A DNA stretch of 64,000 nucleotides from Laetmonice hystrix (taxonomy: Eukaryota), in contig OZ249436.1 in assembly GCA_965235115.1 (NCBI GenBank), forward strand, positions 1,676,001 to 1,740,000. Reading direction: 5' to 3'. The notes under the pieces are model-generated. The model saw only the letters and a program-made list of their open reading frames with translations, was not told where the DNA came from and did no database searches. This document shows, piece after piece, positions 37,585 to 49,612 of the stretch. How positions within the stretch are numbered: position 1 is the first letter of the stretch; each line of letters starts with the position of its first letter. The position numbers and the translations under genes were made by a program.

Positions 37585-40191
37585 GTGCCCGTGCGCTGCT
37601 CCCTGCCAGACATTGGTCTACGCCTGGGCATGATTGTGAGCCCCGTGCACTGCTCCCTGCCAAACATTGGTCTATGCCTGGGTCTGTGAGCCCCGTGCAC
37701 TGCTTCCTGCCAAACATTGGTCTACGCCTGGCCTGTGAGCCCCGTGCACTGCTCCCTGCCAAACATTGATCTACGCCTGGCCTGTGAGCCCCGTGCACTG
37801 CTCCCTGCCAAACACTGGTCTACGCCTGGCCTGTGAGCCCCGTGCACTGCTCCCTGCCAAACATTGGTCTACGCCTGGCCTGTGAGCCCCGTGCACTGCT
37901 CCCTGCCAAACATTGGTCTACGCCTGGCCTGTGAGCCCCGTGCACTGCTCCCTGCCAAACATTGGTCTACGCCAGGGCATGTGAGCCCCGTGCACTGCTT
38001 CCTGCCAAACATTGGTCTACGCCTGGGCATGTGAGCCCCGTGCACTGCTTCCTGCCAGACATTGATCTACGCCTGGGTCTGTGAGCCCCGTGCACTGCTC
38101 CCTGCCAAACATTGGTCTACGCCTGGGCCTGTGAGCCCCGTGCACTGCTCCCTGCCAGACATTGGTCTACGCCTGGGGCTGTGAGCCCCGTGCACTGCTC
38201 CCTGCCAAACATTGGTCTACGCCTGGGCATGTGAGCCCCGTGCACTGCCCCCTGCCAAACATTGGTCTACGCCTGGGCATGATTGTGAGCCCCGTGCACT
38301 GCTCCCTGCCAGACATTGGTCTACGCCTGGGCATGTGAGCCCCGTGCACTGCCCCCTGCCAAACATTGGTCTACGCCTGGGCATGATTGTGAGCCCCGTG
38401 CACTGCTCCCTGCCAAACATTGATCTACGCCTGGGCATGTGAGCCCCGTGCACTGCTCCCTGCCAAACATTGGTCTACGCCTAGGCCTGTGAGCCCCGTG
38501 CACTGCTCCCTGCCAAACATTGGTCTACGCCTGGCCTGTGAGCCCCGTGCACTGCATGCTCCCTGCCAGACATTGGTCTACGCCTGGGCATGTGAGCCCC
38601 GTGCACTGCTCCCTGCCAAACATTGGTCTACGCCTGGGTCTGTGAGCCCCGTGCACTGCTCCCTGCCAAACATTGGTCTATGCCTGGGCATGTGAGCCCC
38701 GTGCACTGCATGCTCCCTGCCAAACATTGGTCTACGCCTGGGCCTGTGAGCCCCGTGCACTGCTCCCTGCCAAACATTGGTCTACGCCTTGGCCTGGGAG
38801 CCCCGTGCACTGCTCCCTGCCAAACATTGATCTACGCCTGGGCCTGTGAGCCCCGTGCACTGCTCCCTGCCAAACACTGGTCTACGCCTGGGTCTGTGAG
38901 CAGCACCGTGCACTGCTCCCTGCCAAACATTGATCTACGCCTGGGGCTGTGAGTCCCGTGCACTGCTCCCTGCCAAACATTGGTCTACGCCAGGGCATGT
39001 GAGCCCCGTGCACTGCTCCCTGCCAAACATTGGTCTACGCCTGGGCCTGGGAGCCCCGTGCACTGCTCCCTGCCAAACATTGGTCTACGCCTGGGTCTGT
39101 GAGCCCCGTGCACTGCTCCCTGCCAGACATTGGTCTACGCCTGGGCATGTGAGCCCCGTGCACTGCTCCCTGCCAGACATTGGTCTACGCCTGGGTCTGT
39201 GAGCCCCGTGCACTGCTCCCTGCCAGACATTGGTCTACGCCTTGGCATGTGAGCCCCGTGCACTGCTCCCTGCCAAACATTGGTCTACGCCTTGGCATGT
39301 GAGCCCCGTGCACTGCTCCCTGCCAAACATTGGTCTACGCCTGGGCATGTGAGCCCCGTGCATTGCTCCCTGCCAGACATTGGTCTACGCCTGGGCCTGT
39401 GAGCCCCGTGCACTGCTCCCTGCCAAACATTGGTCTACGCCAGGGCATGTGAGCCCCGTGCACTGCTCCCTGCCAAACATTGGTCTACGCCTAGGCCTGT
39501 GAGCCCCGTGCACTGCTCCCTGCCAAACATTGGTCTACGCCTGGGCATGTGAGCCCCGTGCACTGCTCCCTGCCAAACATTGGTCTACGCCTGGGCATGT
39601 GAGCCCCGTGCACTGCTCCCTGCCAAACATTGGTCTATACGCCCGGCATGTGAGCCCCGTGCACTGCTCCCTGCCAAACATTGGTCTACGCCTGGGCATG
39701 TGAGCCCCGTGCACTGCTTCCTGCCAAACATTGGTCTACGCCTGGCCTGTGAGCCCCGTGCACTGCTCCCTGCCAAACATTGATCTACGCCTGGGCATGT
39801 GAGCCCCGTGCACTGCTCCCTGCCAAACATTGGTCTACGCCAGGGCATGTGAGCCCCGTGCACTGCTCCCTGCCAAACATTGGTCTATACGCCTGGGCCT
39901 GTGAGTCCCGTGCACTGCTCCCTGCCAGACATTGGTCTACGCCTGGGTCTGTGAGCCCCGTGCACTGCTCCCTGCCAAACATTGGTCTACGCCTGGGCCT
40001 GTGAGCCCCGTGCACTGCTCCCTGCCAGACATTGGTCTACGCCTGGGTCTGTGAGCCCCGTGCACTGCTCCCTGCCAGACATTGGTCTACGCCTGGGTCT
40101 GTGAGCCCCGTGCACTGCTCCCTGCCAGACATTGGTCTACGCCTGGGCCTGTGAGCCCCGTGTACTGCATGCTCCCTGCTAAACATTGGTC
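37585..40191. repeat. GC-rich minisatellite, 50 bp unit (49-54 bp variants), ~52 copies
   Basis: TGTGAGCCCCGTGCACTGCTCCCTGCCAAACATTGGTCTACGCCTGGGCA repeated. Confidence 0.98.
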
Positions 40192-41079
40192 TTGGAGAGT
40201 TTCACCTGCGTTAAGCTAAGATCGTAGAGTTATGGACCAAACTTCCCAGCGTATAGATCTGTACATCCGTTCCTCCTTGACTGCGTATACCGCCTTTCAC
40301 TAATAACAACAAATATACTTGTTGGGCAATCTTCAGCGTATAGCCAGACCGTATTTTATCAGACGTTATTGATATTATAGGTTTGTTCCTGAAAAATTCC
40401 GCCAAAACCTGTAGTTTTTAGTTTTTAATCGCTAAATTTATAGATATGTACTGTTTGGGCCAAAGGTTCGGGCCATCTTGACAAGGTTTCTTGGTGCAAT
40501 GAACATCTCACTGAACTGCAAGTAGTCGTAATCTTCAACTAGCACAGCATTTTGTGACCACTAACAATTTAGGAAATTATCGCATCGACAGGTCGACGCA
40601 TTCTAAACGTGTAACTAAATTGCTGTGTTTAGGACTCTAAATCCAGAAGGAATCGAAGAGCTATTTTAAACATTACTGGACAAAGAAAGCATAAAAGAGA
40701 ACATGAATTAGAATTGACAATTCACAATCACAGTATTTTCCTTAACACCGCGCGCAACTGAAGGACACCAAACAAGGTCACACATAATCTGGGCCGAAGT
40801 AATCAAGGACTGTTCCAAAACAGGAACGCTTATTTTATTAAGTACCGAAATCCAACATTTGTGCGGGCTTGTAATGCAGCGCCGGAGTAAATGTTCCTCG
40901 ACCATGCGATTGGGTCATAACGAAATGTCGGGCCGCCTTGAGTTTGCAAGCTGCCGTGTGTGACCCGGGCTTCATGCAATTGCCTAACAGTTAGAAACTT
41001 TCAATAAAAAAAACAAACTGATTATGAGAATTCATGAACCTCCTGGCCCATCTTAAGACTGAGTGAGATCACACGCATA

Positions 41080-41437
41080 TATCGGGTGTCCCAGAAAAAG
41101 TGAACCGCTTTTTGACAAGTATTTTCTCAATGATAGATAAACCGAATTCATTGAAAATTTTCACACAATAACTTTAGGGTATCATCAACAAGCCTGCAAA
41201 ATAATGCCACATTGAGCATAAACTGAAATAAGGGTTTTCCTTTGATATTGGATTTTTTGACATGCTGTTTTGAATTTGACAATACTCGCATAAGTTCTGT
41301 CAGATCTTTTAGATATTTTGCAGACTTGTTGATGATAACCTAAGGTTACTGTGTTAAAATTTTCAATGAATTCGGTTTACCTATCACTGAGAAAATACTT
41401 GTCAAAAAGCGGTTCACTTTTTCTGGGACACCCGATA
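41080..41437. mobile_element. Tc1/mariner-type palindromic MITE (~358 bp) with long TIRs
   Basis: TATCGGGTGTCCCAGAAAAAGTGAACCGCTTTTTGACAAGTATTTTCTCA... is mirrored by ...TGAGAAAATACTTGTCAAAAAGCGGTTCACTTTTTCTGGGACACCCGATA; the inverted arms extend ~125 bp; TA on both sides; no ORF. Confidence 0.92.
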
Positions 41438-44400
41438 TAGATGTTCTATTTCATACAATTCTTTATGTAACACTTTCTTTTCTTTCAGCGCCACAGCGCA
41501 GGAGATGACGTCGTAATTAGGAACTCAACAGCATTTTCTGAACGAATTGTCTCAATGTGATTCAGATATTCAAATATTTTAAGATAATATGTTTTCCCCT
41601 TTGGACGCTTTTGGACGTTTTTGCGCAATATTCACGAGCCCCCTCTATGGTTTATAACATTTGTCCGGGTACAAAGCATTACACGGGTAGCGAACAATAA
41701 TATTGACCATATCACTTTGTCCTTTACTTTTAAACGGTTATCGCAAACACATCTCGTAATGTCTAAAAGGTGGCTTTAGCACATGTGACCCCTAATTCAA
41801 GGTCACTCAAGATTTAAATAAATGGGATAAATTCGCCTGGTTTACCCACAGACCAATGTGCAGTTTTGTTTAACATTTAGACGCCTCTGGATATGACGGT
41901 ATTTATTGTCACGTGACCTGCGCCAGTGGGAACCTGGCGGCTGCGTCGGCCGTTAAGAGACTTTTTTTGAAGTGAACTGTGGAATTTCTCTGCATTTAGA
42001 ATATTGTAATTGTACATCTTAATACATTTTGATGTGAAGGAGACTGCGGTCACGAATGCCACACTCACACGTTTCGAAGCACTGGTACAAAAAGGAACCC
42101 AGAGGCTATTTGGCTGAAGCAGGAAGTGGTAATCCTAGAACTATAAAATCAAGATAGCTATATTCTTTTATGACGTCTCCTTTAGGGGGAAAAAGTCACC
42201 AAGATAGAAGCGACATGCAGCCACTGGGGTGAAGAAAATATTTCGAATGCTTAAGTCTGGATCTGTGTGTATGCATTCTGATGGGCGTGTAAGCCATCAG
42301 AAGTGCAGGGTCCAAATTGAAAGTGCCCATAAACTTGACAGAAGACAAACAGAGCAAGAGGCTGTCAAAGCGAAATGCATGGGTGGGAAATCTGCATGTA
42401 AAGCTTTCCAGAAAAAGGCATCAATTCGAGCTGAAAGATGGCCAATAAACCCTACTTGTACCTACAAATTAATGTCATCCTTCATTACGGGTACTATTAA
42501 GTTGTCCAGTATTTCATATTGGCTAATGCCGGCGTAAATACAGTGACCACTCATGATTATCACGCTTTACAGGGTCAGAATTCATATTCCGGTCACGATC
42601 CTCGAACTGATCGTCTGCCACGTAATGACGTCATCAAACCGTCGGATGCCGTCCCGTCACGTCCTGTATACGGTGCTACTTATTGGTCGTAATAATAGCA
42701 GTAGCTTGTATGCATTTTTGAAGGAGCGCTTTCACGAGACTTCGTCAACGGGGAAATATGTTTGACCGTATACGGCAAGTATATACGTATACCATGTTAA
42801 CTATATATAACTGGCTTTGAGAATATCAGGGAGAATGGTGTCAAGCAGGACTATCGATGTAGTTAGACCTTAACTCCAGTAGCTGCCAGTACCTGTCATT
42901 AGTTTTTCTCCCTGGCATTATGACTCATGCATTGAAATAAGAGCGATTTTACTGGGGTCGACCGAAAATATCCAAGGTTAGAAACTAGCAAATAAATTAG
43001 CTTGACATCGTCAAACGACGACAGTAGCCTATTCACACAGTGATTTCAGACTTGAGTGCATTAAGCTGGGTGGGTTTTACATTGACAAGGCAGCTTACCG
43101 TCAATAATTACATTTCTTATTAGCATACTGACACACCGCACTCTGCATGGCTAACACCAGCTGGCTAACATTGTTTCATCAACTCCCCTTTCTTGTTTAT
43201 CACATGAGTGTATAGACTATAAATACACGGGAGTTATCTCTAACAGGGAGGAAGAGACAGGGAAATAGATGGGGAGAAATATGAAAGAAGGAAAGAACAA
43301 ACGACGAAAGAATCTTTGTCATCGACGCCAGACGCCAAAACATGTATTTGTCCTTCAACAAAGCTATCATAATATCAAAGAAGTTGTAAACATATTCATA
43401 TAAACTCTGGTACACTATAAATAGTATCAATGGCCGTATAAGGATCCAATGATTCCAAGCCTGTAAGATCCCTATAATACGTTAACTATGTAATGTACTG
43501 TATGAGTTTCTTGAAGAGTTCCGTTTCGTTATGTCTTCAGTAATGATGCATGCAATGTCATGAAGCTTTGATGGTTCATTGATCCATGATTATAAAACAC
43601 ACATAGTTGTAAAGATCATTTTATGCCATATGAGAAAGGAAATGGGTGGCCGGGCAGTATATAGAACGAGTCAGTCAAATTGAAAGGCGTACTTGCTTAT
43701 AATTACATCTTTTGTACCCGAGAAGTTGGCGTCTATTGTGTGTTACAGCGCTCACAAAACAGTTTAATTATTGCTACAGCATGAAATATGGTACGAACAA
43801 TAATGGTCGCGGCGTTTGCTGATAATGGTGCTATTGTTATCTTTAGAAATATTCCTTCTGGCTTGGATTGTCTGCCAGAGCTTAGCTCGATGATAAACCA
43901 ATTTGGAATTTTCATAATAATAACATTTCTTGGCAAGGCACCGTCCAGCATACCAGCTCGCAATAACCATGATAACGAAAGAACAAGGCATTGGAAATGA
44001 TTTTATTGTGGCTCGGATCCTAGGGAATCAGGTAGCACGTCAACGCTACGGGAGAACAATTGATCAAGTAGTACACTAGGTTTTCATTACGTCATTCCAA
44101 GTCGATGTCAGCATTTACTTGAGACTGCAACCATTCCGTCAACCTTGTCATGGCCTGACAGTTGTGATGGGGCGATATGCTACAAGCTATTGTTCTGGGA
44201 AATCTGCTCTTTCCCAGCGCTATTGTTGGAAGGGGGTCTGAAAACAAGGAGATATGCGACATTCTTCTTATCTACCCTCTTTCTGTATATACATCTCCGG
44301 CAATGTGAAACACGTCAGGCCCTCTGGGCGCTCAGGCCGGCATTCCGATCACCAACCTTTTTGACATGCGTGATTCAGATTTTTTTCTTTCTCCCCTACC

Positions 44401-44509
44401 TCCCGTAACAATGGTGACCAGAGCCACCACAGGGCGGCGCTGACTGGTGTCACCAGATCGTCACCGCCATGGGCGGGATGGACGCTGGGAACGTCCGCGG
44501 CTGGACAAA

Positions 44510-44528
44510 CAACCACCAGATGGCGTTT
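44510..44528 (+). promoter_or_regulatory. CTCF-like motif
   Basis: CAACCACCAGATGGCGTTT matches the CCACCAGATGGCG core. Confidence 0.45.
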
Positions 44529-45239
44529 TAAACGTCCCCGTGCCGTTCTCCCGTCCCTCAGACGGCAGTTTGCTCCTGATTATTCCTGTCTGAAAGAAAA
44601 ATGATCGGTTTAAATTGAAAAGATGCTTGTGAATCGCTACTTCGGAAGATTTCCTGACAATGTCAACCAACAATGCGGATATGGACTAGAGCTGTTTGAG
44701 TCTTTGATATAAAAAAAAACACGCCCTGTCGACTTCTGTGATACTCTCTGTATACTGTATAAAACATGTCATTGTCTTACATGCACACGGCTCATATTGC
44801 CTCTTAATTTCATAACAATATCAAGTATGAAATCCCCTGAGGCCATGAAAGCATACGCCGTGATTCAACCACAAAGTGGGAGAGGAGAATCTTGGCCTGC
44901 CAAGCTGTCCAGGTGAAGGGATGGGTATAAAAATTAACATCTTTACCTACCTACTCCATCACTCACCCTTGTCTGGGAACTGGGGACCGCCCCCCCCCCC
45001 CCTCTCCCCACTCTCCCCAACCAACTGGGCCAACTGGCGGTAGCGGGTCAATATTGGAATGTGAGGGGGGAGACAAGGGCAATTGGCACGGAGATGTGGA
45101 CAGCATTTCAATGTGGAGTTTACACCGAGAACAAAACGTCATTCACTGGTAAGTCAGGGGTTTAGTAATCACCGGACAGGAAGTCAACTTGGCATTAAAC
45201 ATTATACACACACCTAGAAACCCGCAGCAAAAGTCACAA

Positions 45240-45570
45240 TCTGTCTCTCTGTCTGTGTCTGTCTGCCTCTGTCTGTCTCTCTGCTCTCTCTCCTCTCTCT
45301 GTCTCTCTCCTCTCTCTGTCTCTCTCTGTCTCTCTTTCTCTCCCTCTCTCTCTCTCTCTCTCCCTCTCTCCCTCTCTCTGCTCTCTCTCCTCTTTCTCTC
45401 TCTCTCTCTCTGTCTCTCTCTGTCTCTCTCTGTCTCTCTGTCTCTCTCTCTTTCTCTCTTTCTCTCCCTCTCTCTTCTCTCTCTCTTTCTATCTCTGTCT
45501 CTCCCTCTTTCTCCCTCTCTCTGTTTCTCTCTCGCTCCCTCTTTCTCTCGCTCCCTCTCCCTCTCTCTCC
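45240..45570. repeat. (CT)n/(CTGT)n microsatellite
   Basis: Polypyrimidine tract; the SL/RE-rich ORFs are artefacts. Confidence 0.97.
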
Positions 45571-45705
45571 GAGGGCCCGGCATTCAGCGAGGAGAGAACA
45601 GTCACTTTGCTATATTTACTCTGCCTATATCTACTTACCCCCCCCCCCTATTTTCCAAACTCTTGCCTATTTTCTAAGTATTTTATGCATTATTTATTTA
45701 GTAGG

Positions 45706-46161
45706 GTATGGCCTAAACCATCTGTGTATTTAGGTCTAACTGTGTGGCCTAAACCATCTGTGTATTTAGGTCTAACTGTGTGGCCTAAACCATCTGTGTA
45801 TTTAGGTCTAACTGTGTGGTCTAAACCATCTGTGTATTTAGGTCTAACTGTGTGGCCTAAACCATCTGTGTATTTAGGTCTAACTGTGTGGTCTAAACCA
45901 TCTGTGTATTTAGGTCTAACTGTGTGGTCTAAACCATCTGTGTATTTAGGTCTAAGTGTGTGGCCTAAACCATCTGTGTATTTAGGTCTAACTGTGTGGT
46001 CTAAACCATCTGTGTATTTAGGTCTAAGTGTGTGGCCTAAACCATCTGTGTATTTAGGTCTAACTGTGTGGTCTAAACCATCTGTGTATTTAGGTCTAAC
46101 TGTGTGGCCTAAACCATCTGTGTATTTAGGTCTAACTGTATGGCCTAAACCATCTGTGTAT
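45706..46161. repeat. Minisatellite, 36 bp unit, ~12.5 copies
   Basis: GGCCTAAACCATCTGTGTATTTAGGTCTAACTGTGT repeated. Confidence 0.98.
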
Positions 46162-47049
46162 ACATATAGGGCTGGGAATTTTTGCTAATACCTATACCAG
46201 GGCCCTTACTGATCTGTCTCCACATTATAACCATACATCATGTCCTTTATATGGATTTTCCATGACAGAGATGTTATTTTCTTTTTCTGACTACTATTAA
46301 AAGCTATTTAAACTATAAAACGCTTTTTTCTAACAATCCTTAAAAACATCATTTCAATTAACATACATAGGGGCATTTTGATAGAAAGATGAACGCAGAC
46401 AATGAATTAATAATTATTGTATCCCATATTCATGTACAATGTAAGCATTTTCCCTTTTTAAATTCTTTTACAGTAACACATGGTAATAATAATGTCATGT
46501 CCAAAATATAGAACACGTGTGTATCTTTGTTAAAGTTGTCTGTTGTTATTCTCATTGTCAGTATCAGGTCATTCCTATATGACATTATAGAAGCTTTTCT
46601 TGCGCCTGATTAATATGCAGAACTTTGGGTCTATTATAATAGCCTACCAATGTGGTAGAATTGCTACCCATTAAGGTTACCGGGTAATATTGAGAGAGAG
46701 GGCACCCAGTTGATGTATTCGTCGGCTGTCCGTACCTCCCCATCCCGGCAGGAGACTCGGTAGCCGTGCTAGCGGGGGGCCAAATGTACTCTGACATGGC
46801 CTATTAGGGCAGGTGTCTGCGGCCGTCACCCCAATTCTGGCCGGGGGTCCGACCCTCGCCCCGCAACAGCACCTCGGCTTAACTCGATCGAGCACTGTCA
46901 AGTAGTGTTTCGGTACGTCGATGTCAGCTCACAAATTGGATATTACAGTCGGGATGAGGATAGAGCGCCGGGCATGGGTCCCAATCGACCGGTCCTCACT
47001 GCCGCCACTGTCGGCCGACTGACGGCTGGCGGCCGGCGGGCCGCAGTTT

Positions 47050-48618
47050 AGGGCCGGGCGGGTAGGAGTAGGGTAGGCCCGGCCCAGGGCGGGCGGGGGT
47101 GGGGTAGGCCCGGCCCAGGGCGGGCAGGGGTGGGGTATAGGCTCGGCCCAGGGCGGGCGGGGGTAGGGTATATAGGCTCGGCCTAGGGCGGGCGAGAGTA
47201 GGGTATATCTAGTCCCGGCCCAGGGCGGGCGGGGGTAGGGTATAGGCTCGGCCCAGGGCGGGCGGGAGTGGGGCAGGCTCGGCCCAGGGCGGGCGGGAGT
47301 AAGGTATAGGCCCGGCCCAGGGCGGGCGGGAGGCCCGGTCCAGGGCGGGCGGGGGTGGGGTATAGGCTCGGCCCAGGGCGGGCGGGGGTGGGGTAGGCCC
47401 GACCCAGGGCGGGCGGGAGTAGGGTATAGGCTCGGCCCAGGGCGGGCGGGAGTGGGGGAGGCCCGGCCCAGGGCGGGCGGGAGTAGGGTATAGGCCCGGC
47501 CCAGGGCGGGCGGGAGTAGGGTATAGGCCCGGCCCAGGGCGGGCGGGAGTAGGGTATAGGCCCGGCCCAGGGCGGGCGGGGGTGGGGTATAGGCCCGGCC
47601 CAGGGCGGGCGGGAGTAGGGTATAGGCCCGGCCCAGGGCGGGCGGGAGTAGGGTATAGGCCCGGCCCAGGGCGGGCGGGGGTGGGGTATAGGCCCGGCCC
47701 AGGGCGGGCGGGGGTGGGGTATAGGCCCGGCCCAGGGCGGGCGGGAGTAGGGTATAGGCCCGGCCCAGGGTGGGCGGGAGTAGGGTATAGGCCCGGCCCA
47801 GGGCGAGCGGGAGTAGGGTATAGGCCCGGCCCAGGGCGGGCGGGGGTGGGGTATAGGCCCGGCCCAGGGCGGGCGGGAGTAGGGTATAGGCCCGGCCCAG
47901 GGCGGGCGGGAGTAGGGTATAGGCCCGGCCCAGGGCGGGCGGGGGTGGGGTATAGGCCCGGCCCAGGGCGGGCGGGGGTGGGGTATAGGCCCGGCCCAGG
48001 GCGGGCGGGGGTGGGGTAGGCTCGGCCCAGGGCGGGCGGGGGTGGGGTAGGCCCGGCCCAGGGCGGGCGGGAGTAGGGTATAGGCTCGGCCCAGGGCGGG
48101 CGGGGTGGGGTAGGCCCGGCCCAGGGCGGGCGGGGGTGGGGTAGGCCCGGCCCAGGGTGGGCGGGAGTAGGGTATAGGCCCGGCCCAGGGTGGGCGGGAG
48201 TAGGGTATAGGCCCGGCCCAGGGCGGGCGGGGGTGGGGTATAGGCCCGGCCCAGGGCGGGCGGGAGTAGGGTAAGCCCGGCCCAGGGCGGGCGGGAGTAG
48301 GGTATAGGCTCGGCCCAGGGCGGGCGGGAGTGGGGGAGGCCCGGCCCAGGGCGGGCGGGGGTGGGGTAGGCCTGGCCCAGGGCGGGCGGGAGTAGGGTAT
48401 AGGCTCGGCCCAGGGCGGGCGGGAGTGGGGGAGGCCCGGCCCAGGGCGGGCGGGAGTAGGGTAGGTCCGGCCCAGGGCGGGCGGGGGTGGGGTAGGCCCG
48501 GCCGAGGGCGGGCGGGAGTAGGGTATAGGCTCGGCCCAGGGCGGGCGGGAGTGGGGTAGGCTCGGCCCAGGGCGGGCGGGAGTGGGGTAGGCTCGGCCCA
48601 GGGCGGGCGGGAGAAGGG
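47050..48618. repeat. G-rich minisatellite, 31-33 bp unit, ~48 copies; strong G-quadruplex potential on the + strand
   Basis: GGCCCGGCCCAGGGCGGGCGGGAGTAGGGTATA repeated; each unit holds four G3 tracts; the three long Pro-rich minus ORFs are repeat translations. Confidence 0.98.
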
Positions 48619-49316
48619 ACCATTTCCCCCGAACCCGCTCCCGCTTCCCCCCGCCATTCTCAATTGCACGAAATGCGTTGTGATGATTTATGCACTCGAC
48701 AAGAATATAACGGTATGAAATATTCAATGTGGTTTTTTAGCGCGAGGCGAATAAGTTGTGATTATCCAGTGACGGCGAAAGTGGTTCAGACTAATCCCAG
48801 CAGGTCTGAGTCTCCTGTTAGCGACATGAATAAAGACATCTTTATCATAGACTGGTGCGATAACTCCAGGCTAAGCGGTGATACGTGCCGCAGATTTAAC
48901 TGTAGGGGTGGTCGGGACACAATCCCTTTGGTACCTCACCCCTCCAAATACAATGTCAAAAATTTGTCTTGGCTGATCAGCTCCTCTGACATATAGCCGT
49001 GGTAAACATGAACCAGGAGAGCCATTCATTACGGCCGGAGTATTTGTTGAAGTGCGAGTCTGACTTGGTGAGTGTTCAGCCTCGGAGAGCATTCGTCTTT
49101 ATCAAAGGGAAGCCGATCTTTTAAAAAAAACTATAGATAACCACGGAACACGCCCTATGCCATATACAATATAATGAAGTAACTATTCATGTAGGCTATA
49201 TATAGTTTAGTAACCTAAGATAGGACTTTGTCTATGCAGGATTCTAAATGTCAGTGAACAACAAAAGTAGGGTTTGAACAGGAAAAATGCCGACTGGTTG
49301 AACTTTGCGAAGATCC

Positions 49317-49612
49317 AACTGTAGATACTATTTTGTTTATTGCATGGCCTGAACAGAAACTGTAGATATTATTTTGTATACTGCATGGCCTGAACAGAAA
49401 CTGTAGATATTATTTTGTATACTGCATGGCCTGAACAGAAACTGTAGATATTATTTTGTATACTGCATGGCCTGAACAGAAACTGTAGATATTATTTTGT
49501 ATACTGCATGGCCTGAACAGAAACTGTAGATACTATTTTGTTTACTGCATGGCCTGAACAGAAACTGTAGATATTATTTTGTTTACTGCATGGCCTGAAC
49601 AGAAACTGTAGA
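49317..49612. repeat. Minisatellite, 41 bp unit, ~7 copies
   Basis: AACTGTAGATATTATTTTGTATACTGCATGGCCTGAACAGA repeated. Confidence 0.96.

Noticed and set aside
11622..40191. CRISPR-like appearance of 28-50 bp repeats
   Set aside because: Units are head-to-tail with no unique spacers, there are no cas genes, and the context is eukaryotic.
46929..48727. Three overlapping 486-564 aa Pro/Arg-rich ORFs
   Set aside because: All three minus frames are open because the C-rich repeat strand lacks stops; unit-length changes shift frames freely.
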